Assembly: GCF_964194155.1 (NCBI RefSeq) | Contig: NC_135889.1 | Span: 97,154,001 to 97,218,000, forward strand | Direction of reading: 5' to 3' | Length of the DNA: 64,000 bases | From: Cetorhinus maximus | Taxonomy: Eukaryota | Part shown: piece after piece, positions 63,516 through 64,000 of the stretch | Position numbering within the stretch: the stretch's first letter is position 1 | How the letters are laid out: the number at the start of each line of letters is the position of its first letter | Program-made: the position numbers and the translations under genes | Notes under the pieces: generated by a model | Databases searched by the model: none | Told to the model about the DNA's origin: nothing | The model's input: only the letters and a program-made list of their open reading frames with translations

Positions 63516-64000
63516 GGGCAGTATTTCCCGGTCGGTGTGCGGGGGGGACGGGACCCGCACGCCAACACGTAAAATGACACAGGATGACATCAGGCGGAAC
63601 TCCCGACGTCACCCCGTGTCATTTCAATTTTCAGGTCAGCGGGGGCGCAGCCGAATCAGTTGTGCGCCCGCCGACCTGTTAATAGCCAATTGAGGCCATT
63701 TAAAAACTAATTGCAGTAGTTAAAGGACCTACCTGTCCAACCTTAAGGTTGGCAGGCAGGCCGGGGGCCCTGCGTGGAATGAGGTTTCATGTAGGTTTTT
63801 AAAAATGTAATAAAAGTTTAACTAAAAGTGATGGACATGTCCCAACTCATGTGCCAGAGGGGACATGTCAGGGAAATTTTATTTTTCTATTTTTAACATT
63901 TTTTAATGTGGAGCCGATGCCCCTGAGGCAGCACTTAGCCTCAGGGAGATGAGTGCGCTCTTTCGTGTCCATGCGCGAAAGAGCGTAGGCCCCAATTCTC
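63516..64000 (-). mobile_element. Family A MITE running off the window end
   Basis: GGGCAGTATTT terminus; colinear with 40436-41136, with small deletions. Confidence 0.88.

Larger units (their letters stand above)
13482..64000 (-). other. Very large intron (>50 kb in window) upstream of the EGF exon
   Basis: No LDLa-repeat exon found by eye; region is TE remnants and AT-rich sequence. Giant 5' introns are known for LRP1B. Confidence 0.65.

Noticed and set aside
1-64000. Prokaryotic or viral operon, or a novel protein-coding system from the ORF track
   Set aside because: ORFs are short, overlapping and often start at non-ATG codons; they fall in repeats or low-complexity DNA. The only intact coding signal is the two spliced exons.

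Overview
Vertebrate genomic DNA, not prokaryotic. The repeat content (CR1 LINE tails, a Deu-domain SINE, Penelope-type palindromes) suggests a cartilaginous fish such as a shark; this is inference. The window lies inside a large minus-strand LDL-receptor-family gene, most likely LRP1B. Only two coding exons were found: 13362-13481 (120 nt, EGF module) and 10922-11050 (129 nt, calcium-binding EGF module). They splice in frame, and at least 50 kb of intron lies upstream with no further exon detected. The rest is dense with transposon remnants. (i) A PIF/Harbinger set: a decayed DDE transposase gene (~4424-5178, absent from the ORF track), two intron-containing Myb/SANT partner-gene fossils, 11 copies of a ~0.7-kb hairpin-rich MITE and several related MITEs with variable 3-bp TSDs. 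(ii) Penelope-type inverted-repeat insertions with 12-15-bp TSDs carrying minimal hammerhead-ribozyme motifs, including a ~200-bp palindrome with two back-to-back hammerheads. (iii) CR1, L2 and a second CR1-clade LINE, two solo LTRs, two SINE fragments and a 40-bp minisatellite. Almost all ORF-track ORFs are spurious or TE fragments. I found no demonstrably new system; the best candidates for follow-up are the hammerhead palindrome and the hairpin-array MITE. Family names are from my own recognition of motifs, not database searches, and repeat boundaries are approximate unless a TSD is quoted.
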